A stretch of DNA of 63,279 bases, counting the filler, from Asterionella formosa (lineage: Eukaryota), in the NCBI GenBank assembly GCA_002256025.1. It is 14 parts of 14 records of this genome, joined end to end, with 100 filler letters (N's around TTAATTAATTAA, not from the genome) between each part and the next. Parts side by side here need not be neighbours in the genome. Positions count along the whole stretch, not along the records: positions 1 to 22,657 come from NKIB01002653.1; 13 more parts are not named here. One strand, 5' to 3'. A program made the position numbers and the translations under genes. How positions within the stretch are numbered: the stretch's first letter is position 1; the number at the start of each line of letters is the position of its first letter. The notes beneath the pieces were generated by a model. It was not told where the DNA came from. It did no database searches and saw only the letters and a list, made by a program, of their open reading frames with translations. Shown piece by piece: positions 1 through 10,301 of the stretch.

Positions 1-178
1 TTCATCATGTCAAGAACATGATAGATGAGGGTGAGTTGCATATTGTTTTTCTAAGATCAGAAAACAATCCAGCAGACATTTTGACGAAGAATGTCAAAGA
101 GCAGATTTTTACAAGGTTATCTGGACCCGTGCTGAGTGGTACAATTTTAGAACTTCTTGAACATGGTAACGAGGAGGA
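1..178 (+). mobile_element. 3' end of Ty1/Copia pol (RNase H C-terminus) and polypurine tract
   Basis: The translation IVFLRSENNPADILTKNV matches the Copia RNase H C-terminal motif. The purine run GAGGAGGA (171-178) lies immediately before the LTR TG. Confidence 0.85.
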
Positions 179-557
179 TGTCAAGAATATAGCATCAATG
201 GCTATAATGAGTCACAAGGACTGTGGACTCGACTATAGTCCAATGAGTCAAATGGTGCGTTCCCATGTCAAGAAGCTTGCTAACGAGATTGATGTCTTAG
301 ATCAATCAGAAGAAGGTTTACATCAACGAAAAGGGAACACGAAGAACAGGTTCTCGAAGTGTGATGAATGGGATTGAAACTTAGTTTTAGTTTAATCTTA
401 TAATTAAGAAACAGTGAGAATTGACAGAGTAAGGTCAATAGCGAAAACTAGCACGAAGGCTAGCAGCAGAAAGAAGATAACAATACTAGTGGTATAACAG
501 GTAAGTTTTACGTAAGAGGAACCCGTCAGACGGGAAGGAGTACGAGACCTATCAACA
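179..557 (+). mobile_element. 3' LTR of the Copia element (about 379 bp, TGT...ACA)
   Basis: Starts TGTCAAGA right after the PPT and ends TATCAACA. The 3' boundary is supported by the diverged copy at 15683-16028, whose similarity stops at the same point. Confidence 0.8.
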
Positions 558-915
558 CCGGTGTACCGGTAGCTGAAAGAAAATGATGCATATAAAGTAG
601 TGCTGCGGGCGGCGGGCGGCGGGCAGTTCTGCAATAGGGTCCGTCATCGACCAGTTTATTCGTGGTAGTTCCGGTATGTACAGTTCGGTACCAGGGGTAG
701 GGTTAATATTTACAGTCCAGCCCTGTGGTACGACCACCGCTACCAGTACCTGCTAGACGTACTCGGAGTACTGGTAAGATCGAAGATGATGATAATGATG
801 AACAAATTGTGAGGAAGTGCGTGATGATATGTATGATAAATAAATACCAAAATTCCTGGTACGTAGTGGCGCCGACGGATCAAGATGTTCTCATATACAG
901 GAGATCTGTGAACAC

Positions 916-1575
916 ATGTCACCAATCATCATGTCAGTCGTTCAGCTGAAACGGCATCATATCTGGGGTTGCCTGCTACTCCTTCTAACACTAATTCGTT
1001 CCGCAGAATCGTTCGTGCAGCGAGCAATTCAAATAAGGAGTACCTCGACTGGGAATCCGTCGACAAGTTGTCTATTTCTGGCCAGAAGCAAAAAGAAGAA
1101 GAAGCCCAAGGGTAACATTATTGCTCTTAACCGAATCGCTTATCGCAATTACGAAATACTTGCAACGCTTGAGGCTGGCATTTCTCTCACTGGAACCGAA
1201 GTCAAATCCATTCGAGATGGCAAGATGAACATCCGAGATGGATTCGTGCGCGGAGCATTGGGTGGCAACAGGGGGCTTATCCTGTTTAATGTGCACATTG
1301 GAAAGCATTCCATGAGTGCAGAATACTTTCAACACGAAGAACGACGGGCACGCCCTCTGCTTGTTCACAAGGAAGAAGCTCGCAAATGGAAACAATCGAC
1401 TGAGCAAGATGGTATGACAATTGTCCCTCTCAAGGCATATTTTAGTGAACAAAATAGAGTCAAACTAGAAATTGCACTTTGTCGAGGAAAGAACGTCAGA
1501 GACAAGCGAGAGGACATAAAAGCGCGGGAGGCGAAACGAGAAGATAATCGTATCATTAAGAACTTTAGGATATAA
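916..1575 (+). CDS. smpB: SsrA-binding protein SmpB, nucleus-encoded with a bipartite plastid-targeting presequence
   Basis: SmpB motifs NRIAYRNYEILATLEAGISLTGTEVKSIR, LLVHKEE, GMTIVPLKAYF and RGK..DKRE.IK.RE. The N-terminus has a hydrophobic signal peptide ending SAES-F followed by an S/T/R-rich transit peptide. The start is 916 or 931. Confidence 0.95.
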   Translation: MSPIIMSVVQLKRHHIWGCLLLLLTLIRSAESFVQRAIQIRSTSTGNPSTSCLFLARSKKKKKPKGNIIALNRIAYRNYEILATLEAGISLTGTEVKSIRDGKMNIRDGFVRGALGGNRGLILFNVHIGKHSMSAEYFQHEERRARPLLVHKEEARKWKQSTEQDGMTIVPLKAYFSEQNRVKLEIALCRGKNVRDKREDIKAREAKREDNRIIKNFRI

Positions 1576-1641
1576 GATAAATATTCCTTGTGGCTTCGGT
1601 GCGAATATCAGACAAGGAACGCGCCAAAAGATCTATGGCCC

Positions 1642-2626
1642 TTAGCTGCCTCGGTAGGTCGAAAAGCTCCATGGACTAACAAGAAGAGGGACGTGATAGT
1701 GATCATCAGGATTGTCAATGCCAAAACGGAGCGGAATCTCGTCAATAAAAGGCGTACCAGAAAAAAAGGTACCCTTCGAAGCAAAATAGTCAGCTACAAA
1801 GAAAGTGAATTGGTACGTTCCGACTGTAAAGTCCTTGCCTCCTTTCAAGGCGGGTCCACCATCCAAGCGGCCATCGTCGTTTGTTATAAAAGCACCAATC
1901 AAACCGGCCGATTCAGGCGGGGACATGCGATGAAGGTGAATTCGCATCTTGGCGGCTGATCGAAAGCAAATGAAGAAAATGGTGAGAAAGTAGATGCAGA
2001 AAACCAACCGAACAGAAATGCACTTGATTATTCTTACCAGGACAACCACCAGCAGTATCCAAGACATGGCAAGTCAGGAAACCATTGGCATCATCTGTAT
2101 TAATGGCAGACAATATACGCATCCATGCAATCTTGTGTACTTGTGTGATAGCTTGCACAAATTCAGTTTCCACGGGGCTCATTATCCGGCCTTCCAAAGC
2201 AGATAATACAGTAAACTTTGTCGCATTTCGTACTGCTAAAATGAATGGAAAGCCAAATTTGGCTCGATATGCTGTGTTGCAAGTTGTGAATCGTTCGAGT
2301 TCGTCGCTTGTTAGAGATTGCAATCCTGCTCGTCCTTGTTCTTCTTGACTGGCTTCCGTCAGTTCTCCGATCTTGCCGACCTTTTCGCAAAGATCAGGAT
2401 GGGCACAGAGCAGCTCCATCTTTCTTTCAGCAGAGGACGCATCGACGATTGACTTCATAGAGGCTGCCAAGTCCGTTACTGTGGCTAGCCTTGTGTATTC
2501 GCAATTGACAAGCTCGTCTGCGACCCAAGGAGAATGCTCATAGATACCCGCGAGGAACCTTGCGATTTCGGTTTTAGGAAGGGAAATCAGCTCCTTGATT
2601 GATGGTCGAGTTGTGGACATACTCAT
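1642..2626 (-). CDS. TTL: Bifunctional OHCU decarboxylase / HIU hydrolase (allantoin synthase, Urad-Urah fusion); exons 2626-2038 and 1955-1642
   Basis: Urad motifs YEHSPW, AHPDL and YRAKFGFPFILAV; Urah motifs TCHVLDT and HYHVPLLVSPWSFSTYRGS. The 82-nt GT-AG intron 1956-2037 joins GGCP to AAKMRI in frame. Confidence 0.95.
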
Positions 2627-2760
2627 GGTGAATAAAGTTCAGTGTCCTGACGAACGGGTGTTGTTGATTGATATTTCCAACTGTTATTTCGCTTCTTCTT
2701 CATTGTCCTTGTTGCATAGTGGGAACAGAATTCATCATCATCGGGTGGCAAACCAGTAGT

Positions 2761-2795
2761 ACCAGGTACCAGGTACCTGGTACCTGGTACCTGGT
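2761..2795. repeat. Palindromic heptamer array (ACCAGGT)2(ACCTGGT)3, an example of a dispersed GGTACC motif family
   Basis: 2761-2788 is a perfect 28-bp palindrome. Similar arrays occur near 11040, 11430, 16065, 16265, 21500, 21735, 34630, 53970, 55555 and 59130. Confidence 0.9.
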
Positions 2796-4265
2796 CCGGT
2801 CTATGTGTGATGGACTTTATATAGCGCATGATCTTCATAAAAGTGGAAATTAAAAATAGCACATCTACGACGGTACATACTTACCGGTACTTGCTTAGTA
2901 ATTACCGGTAAGTAATTGGTTTGACTCCCTACGTGAGAATTGTCGACAGACAACATCGGTACGTTGTGGTCGCTCGGTACCTGGTACCTGGAACCGTAGT
3001 CAGTCCGCCGGCAGTCCTGAAATTCTTCCATGCATTACACAAAATGCCAATGCCAGTACATGGTAGTAAGTACAGTACTCCGTCACGGTAGTAGAAACAG
3101 TCTAACAAACCAAGCAAGTTGCGGTCATTTTGCTTAAACTAACATTTTACCCTCGGATAAAAAGCTAGCTAAATATTTAGTTTCAGCAAAATTACCGCAA
3201 GTTGCCAGGACAAGGCAATTTTCATGACTCCCATGTGCTGGTAGGCCGTACACCCTACACATGGCTCAATATAAGGTTGTAATTTACTACCTGGTACCAG
3301 GGTACCGTAACAGTACTGCGATAATCATAACCACGAACAACCGGTATTCTGCTTTGTCACTATGTATGTGCTGGACAATTCATCTGTTTCAGGTTTGCAG
3401 ACAGGGTTTTACTTTTGCTCTTGCTGCTGTGAGCGATGCTAAGAATTACTATGTGTACCTATATTCATCGAAATATTACCGTTGTTATTCATATACCGTA
3501 GTGTATCATTATTTCTGTACAGAAAATGGCGTGCACTGTAAATATTTTATGATTACATACATATAAACCAGTATTTGAACAAGTAGTATGAACTACGAAA
3601 TGATATAAATGTAGACATTTGAATGTCGGACAACGTTGTTGACGTCATGAAGTGTCCATTTAAAAAAAACCAGCACGTACCAAACCAGGATGATAAATAA
3701 AAAACTGTTATTGCAGATGCGTTCTCGGGGATTGTTTCTTGCAATTTTTCTTAGCCGAAACTCTTTTTAGAACAAGTGTTGACGGCAGAATATTTCAAAA
3801 GAGTCCGCTAAAGAAAGAAAACAGTGTTAAAGCTGTACGTCTCATTTTCTTGCATTTAAATTGGGACATTGCGAGAATTCACTGGTGGTTGAATGATACC
3901 AGGCGGTTCGGCGTTATCGACGACCACACCACACGTACGCGTGATCGGGAATCACTGGTATCGATTCTACTATGCCTCCGTGTAGGACATGGGACAGTTC
4001 CCCTTTTAGGCGCTCGTTGTTCTTTGTGTTCACGTCACTACGACCTGCGCTGTTGTTTTTTCTACTTTCGGTTCCGTACATATTTTCAGCGTATGCAGCA
4101 GTGTCCTTTGGAGAACACTCACACCTTCTATGCTTGTTCCATTTCTCACCTCTATTCTTCCTCCAGCGTCAACAAAGAACTCAAAAGCTAACCTATTAAA
4201 AAGACACATTTCAACCCTCACAAACTGCAATTACTTGTTTAAGCTGCTGTTGAATAGAAGGCGAA

Positions 4266-6311
4266 ATGAACGGACACAGTGCTCTCAAGATTGACGGGCC
4301 TGCTCCAGTGTCTACAATCCCATCAGCGCCAGAATTGTCGACCTCGTCAATGGCAAATGTCATGCAGCAGCAGTTTGCTTATCAGCAACAACAATTGCAG
4401 CAGCAAATGCAACAACAGATGCAAGTCCACCAGGCGCAGCAAGCTCATCAAGCATTGCAAGCACAGCATGCTCAACTGACGCAACAAGCAGAGCGCCTGC
4501 AAAACCAAGAGCACAATCACCTTGTCCCAGGATCAACGAAATCAAGGACGGAACAAGACGCCACGCTCAACGGAGGCCAATCGAATCATGACGATGAAGG
4601 TGATCCAAACTCATCTGTCCCTAATCACCCGATTGCTGAATTTTTGTATCAATTAACAAAAATGCTCTCGGACAACAATGAAGAGATTGTTGAGTGGACC
4701 AACGGGAGGATTAAGGTGCACTACCCAGATCGGCTAGAGGGGGAAGTCCTACACAAGTACTTCAGGCATTCCAAGTTTGCCTCCTTTCAGAGACAGCTCA
4801 ATTACTTTGGCTTTCGAAAAATTGCTGGCAAAGGGAAGATGTCCCCTTGCTCGTACGTAAATGATGGGGCCACAGCTGATATTCGCAGTTTGTTGATGAT
4901 CAAGAGAAAGACTAATGGATCAGCAGCTCGCAAGGCTGCTATGGTGCAAGCTCAGCAGCAGCAGCGCCATACACATCAAACTGGTCAAACTAATATGATG
5001 GCCCCACCAGCTGGTATGATGATGCAGACTGCTCCTACTGCAGGAATGACGGCAGATTTGTTCAAGAATGCTTTTGCAGCTGCTGGTATGTCCACACAGC
5101 AAATGCAAGTTCTCCAAGGGATGGGGTTTCCTTCCCCTGGGACTATGTTCATATCAAACAATACAGCGTATGCCCAAGTTGCTGCTATGCAGGCACAACA
5201 GCAGAACGTGGCTGCACAACAAGCTGCTAATATGCAACAGAGGCAGTTGAATGAATCACTATTCTATCCTAACGACAGCGCCCTAGCCACATTTTCCCAT
5301 GGACAACGGAAAAATTCTATGGAAAACATGGCTTCAATGGCTCCTGGTGCTATGCCGTCCACTGGGTCCTTGGATGCAATGTCAAGTTTTGGAAGTTTCG
5401 GAGCCTTCGCCCAACGTCAGTCGGCATTAAATCTTGCTGCACTGTTTAGTTCTCCATTGAATTACGGAGCTCCATACGCTCCACAACCATCGTCAAATGT
5501 TGGTGCAGCTACGGCTGCCTTGAATGGCTTAGTTTCCAATGCTCCAAACCATGGTACTCCTGCACCCTTGAACCATCCAACGGCAACAGGCGCTGCTTCA
5601 GCTAGATTTGAAGCTACCTCTTCTACTCCTGTTTCAGCTGCTTTTCAATCTACAACACCTACTGCGCTCGCGGCATCCTCGCAATCGGTGGCGGGAGCTG
5701 CTACAGCCGCCTTAGCTGCTACCATGCCTTCCGGTGCAGCAACTGCAGCACTTGGAGCGGCCGGTCCTGCGTCAGCAACAGCAGCTATGCGTGAAGCGAC
5801 GTCACAAGCGAACAGCATTTTTGAAAACAATGCAAACTTGAACGCCTTGCTCGGAAAAGACGAAGAAAAGGGCAGTACCCCAGGACCTGCTCCTGGGAAC
5901 ACGTTGAATCGATTCTCGAGTAGCAACCTCCTTCGTTTGCCTTCGTCCGGGGCCTTCTTTCCTGACAGTTTCAGCAGTGTGTCGCTAAGTGGACTTATGC
6001 CTGGTATGAGTTCGAATCGGCTGAATTCTATGTTGAGTTTGAGCAGTTTCTTTTCGCGTGATCCTTCTATGGGTGACTTCACTGGAAATGGCTCAAATTA
6101 TGCCAGTACGCAGTATAATGCTCTGAGTGCTGTTCCACCATTGTCCGCACTCACTTCAGGCGCTCCCCTGAGTGTTGCTTCCTTGGCTGCACTTAGGGGT
6201 GCTGCTGCCTTTCCCTCTGTGTATCCTTCTGGGAATCCTGGACTAGCATCGGGAACTGGGGGGACTGCAGGTGTTGCCTTTGAACCAATGCAAATGCAAG
6301 ACAATCGGTAA
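4266..6311 (+). CDS. HSF: Heat shock factor (HSF-type DNA-binding domain) transcription factor, Q/A/S-rich
   Basis: The segment [10 protein letters not shown]...WTNGRIKV...[22 protein letters not shown] is an HSF DBD. The 681-aa ORF is uninterrupted. Confidence 0.93.
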   Translation: MNGHSALKIDGPAPVSTIPSAPELSTSSMANVMQQQFAYQQQQLQQQMQQQMQVHQAQQAHQALQAQHAQLTQQAERLQNQEHNHLVPGSTKSRTEQDATLNGGQSNHDDEGDPNSSVPNHPIAEFLYQLTKMLSDNNEEIVEWTNGRIKVHYPDRLEGEVLHKYFRHSKFASFQRQLNYFGFRKIAGKGKMSPCSYVNDGATADIRSLLMIKRKTNGSAARKAAMVQAQQQQRHTHQTGQTNMMAPPAGMMMQTAPTAGMTADLFKNAFAAAGMSTQQMQVLQGMGFPSPGTMFISNNTAYAQVAAMQAQQQNVAAQQAANMQQRQLNESLFYPNDSALATFSHGQRKNSMENMASMAPGAMPSTGSLDAMSSFGSFGAFAQRQSALNLAALFSSPLNYGAPYAPQPSSNVGAATAALNGLVSNAPNHGTPAPLNHPTATGAASARFEATSSTPVSAAFQSTTPTALAASSQSVAGAATAALAATMPSGAATAALGAAGPASATAAMREATSQANSIFENNANLNALLGKDEEKGSTPGPAPGNTLNRFSSSNLLRLPSSGAFFPDSFSSVSLSGLMPGMSSNRLNSMLSLSSFFSRDPSMGDFTGNGSNYASTQYNALSAVPPLSALTSGAPLSVASLAALRGAAAFPSVYPSGNPGLASGTGGTAGVAFEPMQMQDNR

Positions 6312-7426
6312 TTCTTCAGAGGATTGCTTACAATGTTCATATAGGCAAGGGATCAAGGCAACTAAAACATATTCCAACCCAAATAATTGGGTCCTCAATA
6401 TATTTTCTTGTCATCAACGAAATGGGAATACTAGCAGGTCGAATTTGTGAAAATATGTTTACTTTTCGGGAACAGTTAGTTCAATAGTTCGTCTTCGAGG
6501 CCTTCTTCAAGGTCAAAAAAAGCCATTGGAGACTGAATCATTTGTCCTTTCGCTTATTCTTCATTGTCTACTGTACATTGTGTTCCTAGACTTCCATAAA
6601 ATTAATCAAATGGCCTGCATCAAAAATATAAATATTCTGAGCTAATTTAAATTCAAAAGCAAAATTGTTCACCATGCAAACTCACTACTGGTACTGGTAT
6701 GGCTGGGTGCAAAGTTTGAGGACATGATTGGGAAGGTTTGTACACATTTAGACCTAGTACCAAGGATAATCCTGTCCCTATCTCTTAATATATTTTCATG
6801 CAAAAATGCTTGTTGTTTTGACATCACAATAGCCATCACCAAAAGCCGCTTTTTTGTTCCTTGTTGTCATCTCAATGATCCACCTCTGATTCAAGCATTG
6901 CAAACATTTGGACTGATAGAATGAGTTGATGGATCTGCAAGGGCACTCATTCCCATTTAGTATTAAGCACACATTGGTTTTTGCAACAAGCACAAGTAAA
7001 CAGCTTGCTATTAGCTTCTAAGCAATGGAAATAATTTCCTGTTCCAACAAGCAATAATGAAGAACTCATTTTTCCCATGACATCAGAACCTACTCCACAT
7101 ATCATTGATCAATGCAAAGTATTATCTTGTCAACACTAAATCAATTAACCCTCACTTCCAAGACACTCTGATCAATTGTCTCTTCAAATCACTTCCAATA
7201 TTGATTTTGCCTTCTTCCTGGAACCTTTTCCAGTACCGGTATATCAATGGATTGTATAGCTAACAGGTACTCCTATGTACAACGGTACGGGTATGTACTT
7301 TCGGATAGCTATAAAAAAACAGAAAGAAATGAGCTTCATGTTTCGCCAAGTTCAAATTTATTTGCCGCCATCAACGCCTACTTCACAGGCGTTAGTAATC
7401 AGAAGCTAACTTGCTGCAATATTAGT

Positions 7427-8650
7427 ATGGACAGAGAAGATGATCTTCGTGTGTTAGGCGATCCGTCTGGCCAGCAAGACGCCGACTATTGGAATGAATG
7501 GTTCCAGATTGTGTGCGGAGGGGACGATCGTTCCTTTGAATGGTACACAGCGCCTTCAGAAGTCGCTCGACTGCTCAAATCATTCAACTGCAGCCAAGGC
7601 AAGAATCCTCGAATGATTCACCCTGGCTCTGGGAATTCACTGGTTCCTGTAAAGCTTCGAGATACGTTTTTCTTTCCGCATCAACATTTTGTGGTCGACA
7701 TTGCCGATGCCGCTCTCAAGCAAATGAAACGAGTTCACAATAAGTACTGTGACGGGGGAAATGAGATCAAATATCTCCATTGCAATGTGCTGGATCCACC
7801 TTTACCTTTAGATGCCGACTCGTTTGATGTTTGGGTTGACAAAGGGTTGGTCGATGCACTGTTCAAAGACTGTGAATCATCAAGTGCCTCTCAATGCCAA
7901 ACGCTTTTTGACGAGGCTCATCGATTGTTGAAGCCTTGTTGCGGTGTGCTACTTGTTATCACGATGGCAGAGGAACATTCCTTATCCTTGATTCTTAGAA
8001 ACTGGACTAGAAAATTGAACAACTCTGTTGCTATGTGGCAATCTGACTTAAATGTGTACGAATTAGAACCAGTCAGTGGTGATATGCGCCCTTTTGGTAT
8101 CGTCATGAAAATGGCGACACCCTCGGATGCCATAGAAAAAGGCATCACAACTCTCATTTGGCATCATTTTAATGGCTCAACAAAACAATTTGCTCTGGAA
8201 AATGTATTTGACACGGTCAAGAGCCTCTGTGAAGAATCGCGGAGAGAATTTCACTGCAAGCGGAACAGGGTAAACGAGAACGACATGCTTTTGACCATCG
8301 AAATGAAACCTTGGGACACGGATGTTGATTTATACGCAGTTGGCCAACTCATTACGGGGCTGGAATGGACCGTGACAGGAGGAAGAGTTATTCTTCCGAT
8401 CTGGCAACAATTCGACGACAGCGACGGGGTAAAAACATCAATTAGGGTAGTTCCTGTCGCATATGGTATATGCAAGTTGGTTCTCAAATGTTTAATAGGA
8501 TCTGACGATGTTGAAGATTTTACTGAAACACTTCGTGAATGGGACGGCGGCGGTGTCGCCCAAGATGGTTTCCAATCTGTTGATATTGATTGGGAAAAAA
8601 CGTTCCGTGTCTGTGATTTATCATCTATGGCAATCATAGGCAAGATCTAG
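7427..8650 (+). CDS. Class I SAM methyltransferase (METTL13-N/EEF1AKMT4-like) fused to an EF1B guanine-nucleotide-exchange-like domain
   Basis: MTase motifs YWNEWF, FEWY, PGSGNS, VVDI and FDVWVDKGLVDAL. The C-terminal TIEMKPWDTDVDL...VPVAYGICKL...QSVDI...GKI matches EF1B-beta GNE signatures. The likely start is ATG 7427; the ORF is open from 7247. Confidence 0.85.
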   Translation: MDREDDLRVLGDPSGQQDADYWNEWFQIVCGGDDRSFEWYTAPSEVARLLKSFNCSQGKNPRMIHPGSGNSLVPVKLRDTFFFPHQHFVVDIADAALKQMKRVHNKYCDGGNEIKYLHCNVLDPPLPLDADSFDVWVDKGLVDALFKDCESSSASQCQTLFDEAHRLLKPCCGVLLVITMAEEHSLSLILRNWTRKLNNSVAMWQSDLNVYELEPVSGDMRPFGIVMKMATPSDAIEKGITTLIWHHFNGSTKQFALENVFDTVKSLCEESRREFHCKRNRVNENDMLLTIEMKPWDTDVDLYAVGQLITGLEWTVTGGRVILPIWQQFDDSDGVKTSIRVVPVAYGICKLVLKCLIGSDDVEDFTETLREWDGGGVAQDGFQSVDIDWEKTFRVCDLSSMAIIGKI

Positions 8651-8833
8651 GGGCAAGTTTGAAGCATGATGAAATATTATGTCTTATCTAGACCTGCCCA
8701 TTGTAGGAAAAGGCAGCTTATACTCTGACCTGTGGATGATCATGAGATGAACATGACAAATTTAAAAAAAGGTAAAGTACACATAATAACTGATGAATCA
8801 TTATTATTATGTACACTATAGTTTGAGTTAGGG

Positions 8834-10301
8834 TTATATTGGATCCATAGAATCGTCATCGGGAAAGTCAAGAAATGCCATCCCTGATGAATCAATATGA
8901 AGTGAGGCTGCAGCATCTGCCTCTTGCATCTCGCTCACAGAGGTTGGTTCAACAGACGGTATCATGGCAAGATCCACCAGAGAATCGTCTCTCCTCAGCA
9001 TAGAAATGTAAGCTTGATCGTCAATCTCAAGAGATTGTTTAAGAGAGTTTCGGAAGTTGTTGCTTAACTCGTCTAGGCTGCTCTGCACGTCCATACCAAG
9101 TTGGTGTGGTTCCTTGAATGTGAACGAATTGTCCGCGGTAGTTGCGTCCACGACACTAGGTTCCGTTAGAGTATTTTGCGCGCTGACGCTGTGTCGAACT
9201 CCCTTGCCGACAGCTATTTTGGCCAGTGCTAAGTGCGATATGTTCTCGGGAGGATTCCTGAGAAATCCATTCAGTTGATGTTTGATGCCCTTACCCACAG
9301 CAACTTTTATAGTTGTTACCGATGTGGAATCATCAAGCCTCTCGCGCTTAGGTTCGCAAGGTCCGCTTTCTGCTGTTGTGCGGTGAAGAATTCCAACCAG
9401 CACAGGATCTACAGGTAGATTTGTACTGACTTGGATGTGCCCTGTGTTTGATCCGCTACGCTCTCGTTTCTTGGGGACCTCCTTCTGGATTGTAGTAGTA
9501 GTTTTTCGCTTGATTGCGAGAATACTTTTGTAATCCATTGTGGTTGCCTCGTTGACATACGAACAAGGAGACATCTTTCCTTTACCAGCCAATTTCCGAA
9601 AACCAAAATAGTTGAGCTGTCTCTGAAAAGAAGCGAATTTGGAGTGCCGAAAGTACTTGTGGAGAACTTCGCTGGCAAGTTTGTGGGGATTATGAACTTC
9701 GATTTTCCCTATTGGAGAAATGAGTGAGTCAGCAAACTTTTACGAAATAAACACATCAATTTTGAAAATTCAAGTGTTTCGTCAAAATTCAGACATGAAT
9801 GCAAGTACTCTCACCGTTGGTCCATTCAATTATTTCTTTGTTGTTATCGGTCAACATTTTGGTCAATTGGAACAAGAATTCTGCGACTGTATTGCTATTT
9901 GTTTCTATTGGTGTTGCTGGGGCGGATGGCGTTGCAGGCATAATTGGTACCAGGGCCTGCAAAGGAAACCCAGAATTTTTTTTTAAGCCTTTTGGAACAA
10001 CTCCAGATTGGGGTACTTGCATGGTCCTTACATTTTCTGAACTTGGCAACATCGACCCCGCATCGGTTCGAGTTCTTATACCGCTTTCTGCGGTCATCGG
10101 GTTCGCTACAGGTATAATAGAAAATGAAGCTTCCGAAAATGAATATTGTCTTGACGAGTTAGAAAGAATAGCGTCGATTGCTGACTCAGTTTCTGTGTTT
10201 GATATTGGGTTGAATGACTCAAGTGAGGAAGTTGATGATACTGTGACAGGTACACGCTGTTGTGTGCCAGTTATCTTGGCCGCTTCACCTCTTGATATCA
10301 T
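8834..10301 (-). CDS. HSF: HSF transcription factor, paralogue of 4266-6311; exons 10301-9815 and 9708-8834
   Basis: The GT-AG intron 9709-9814 joins IIEWTN to [51 protein letters not shown]. Confidence 0.92.

Noticed and set aside
179..377. C-terminal half of ORF 18-377 as a novel protein domain
   Set aside because: It is pol read-through into the LTR sequence.
5645..6082. Long antisense or overlapping ORFs (also 9799-10311, 46384-46848, 62488-62973 and others)
   Set aside because: They are shadows of real coding sequence on the other strand with no recognisable motifs.
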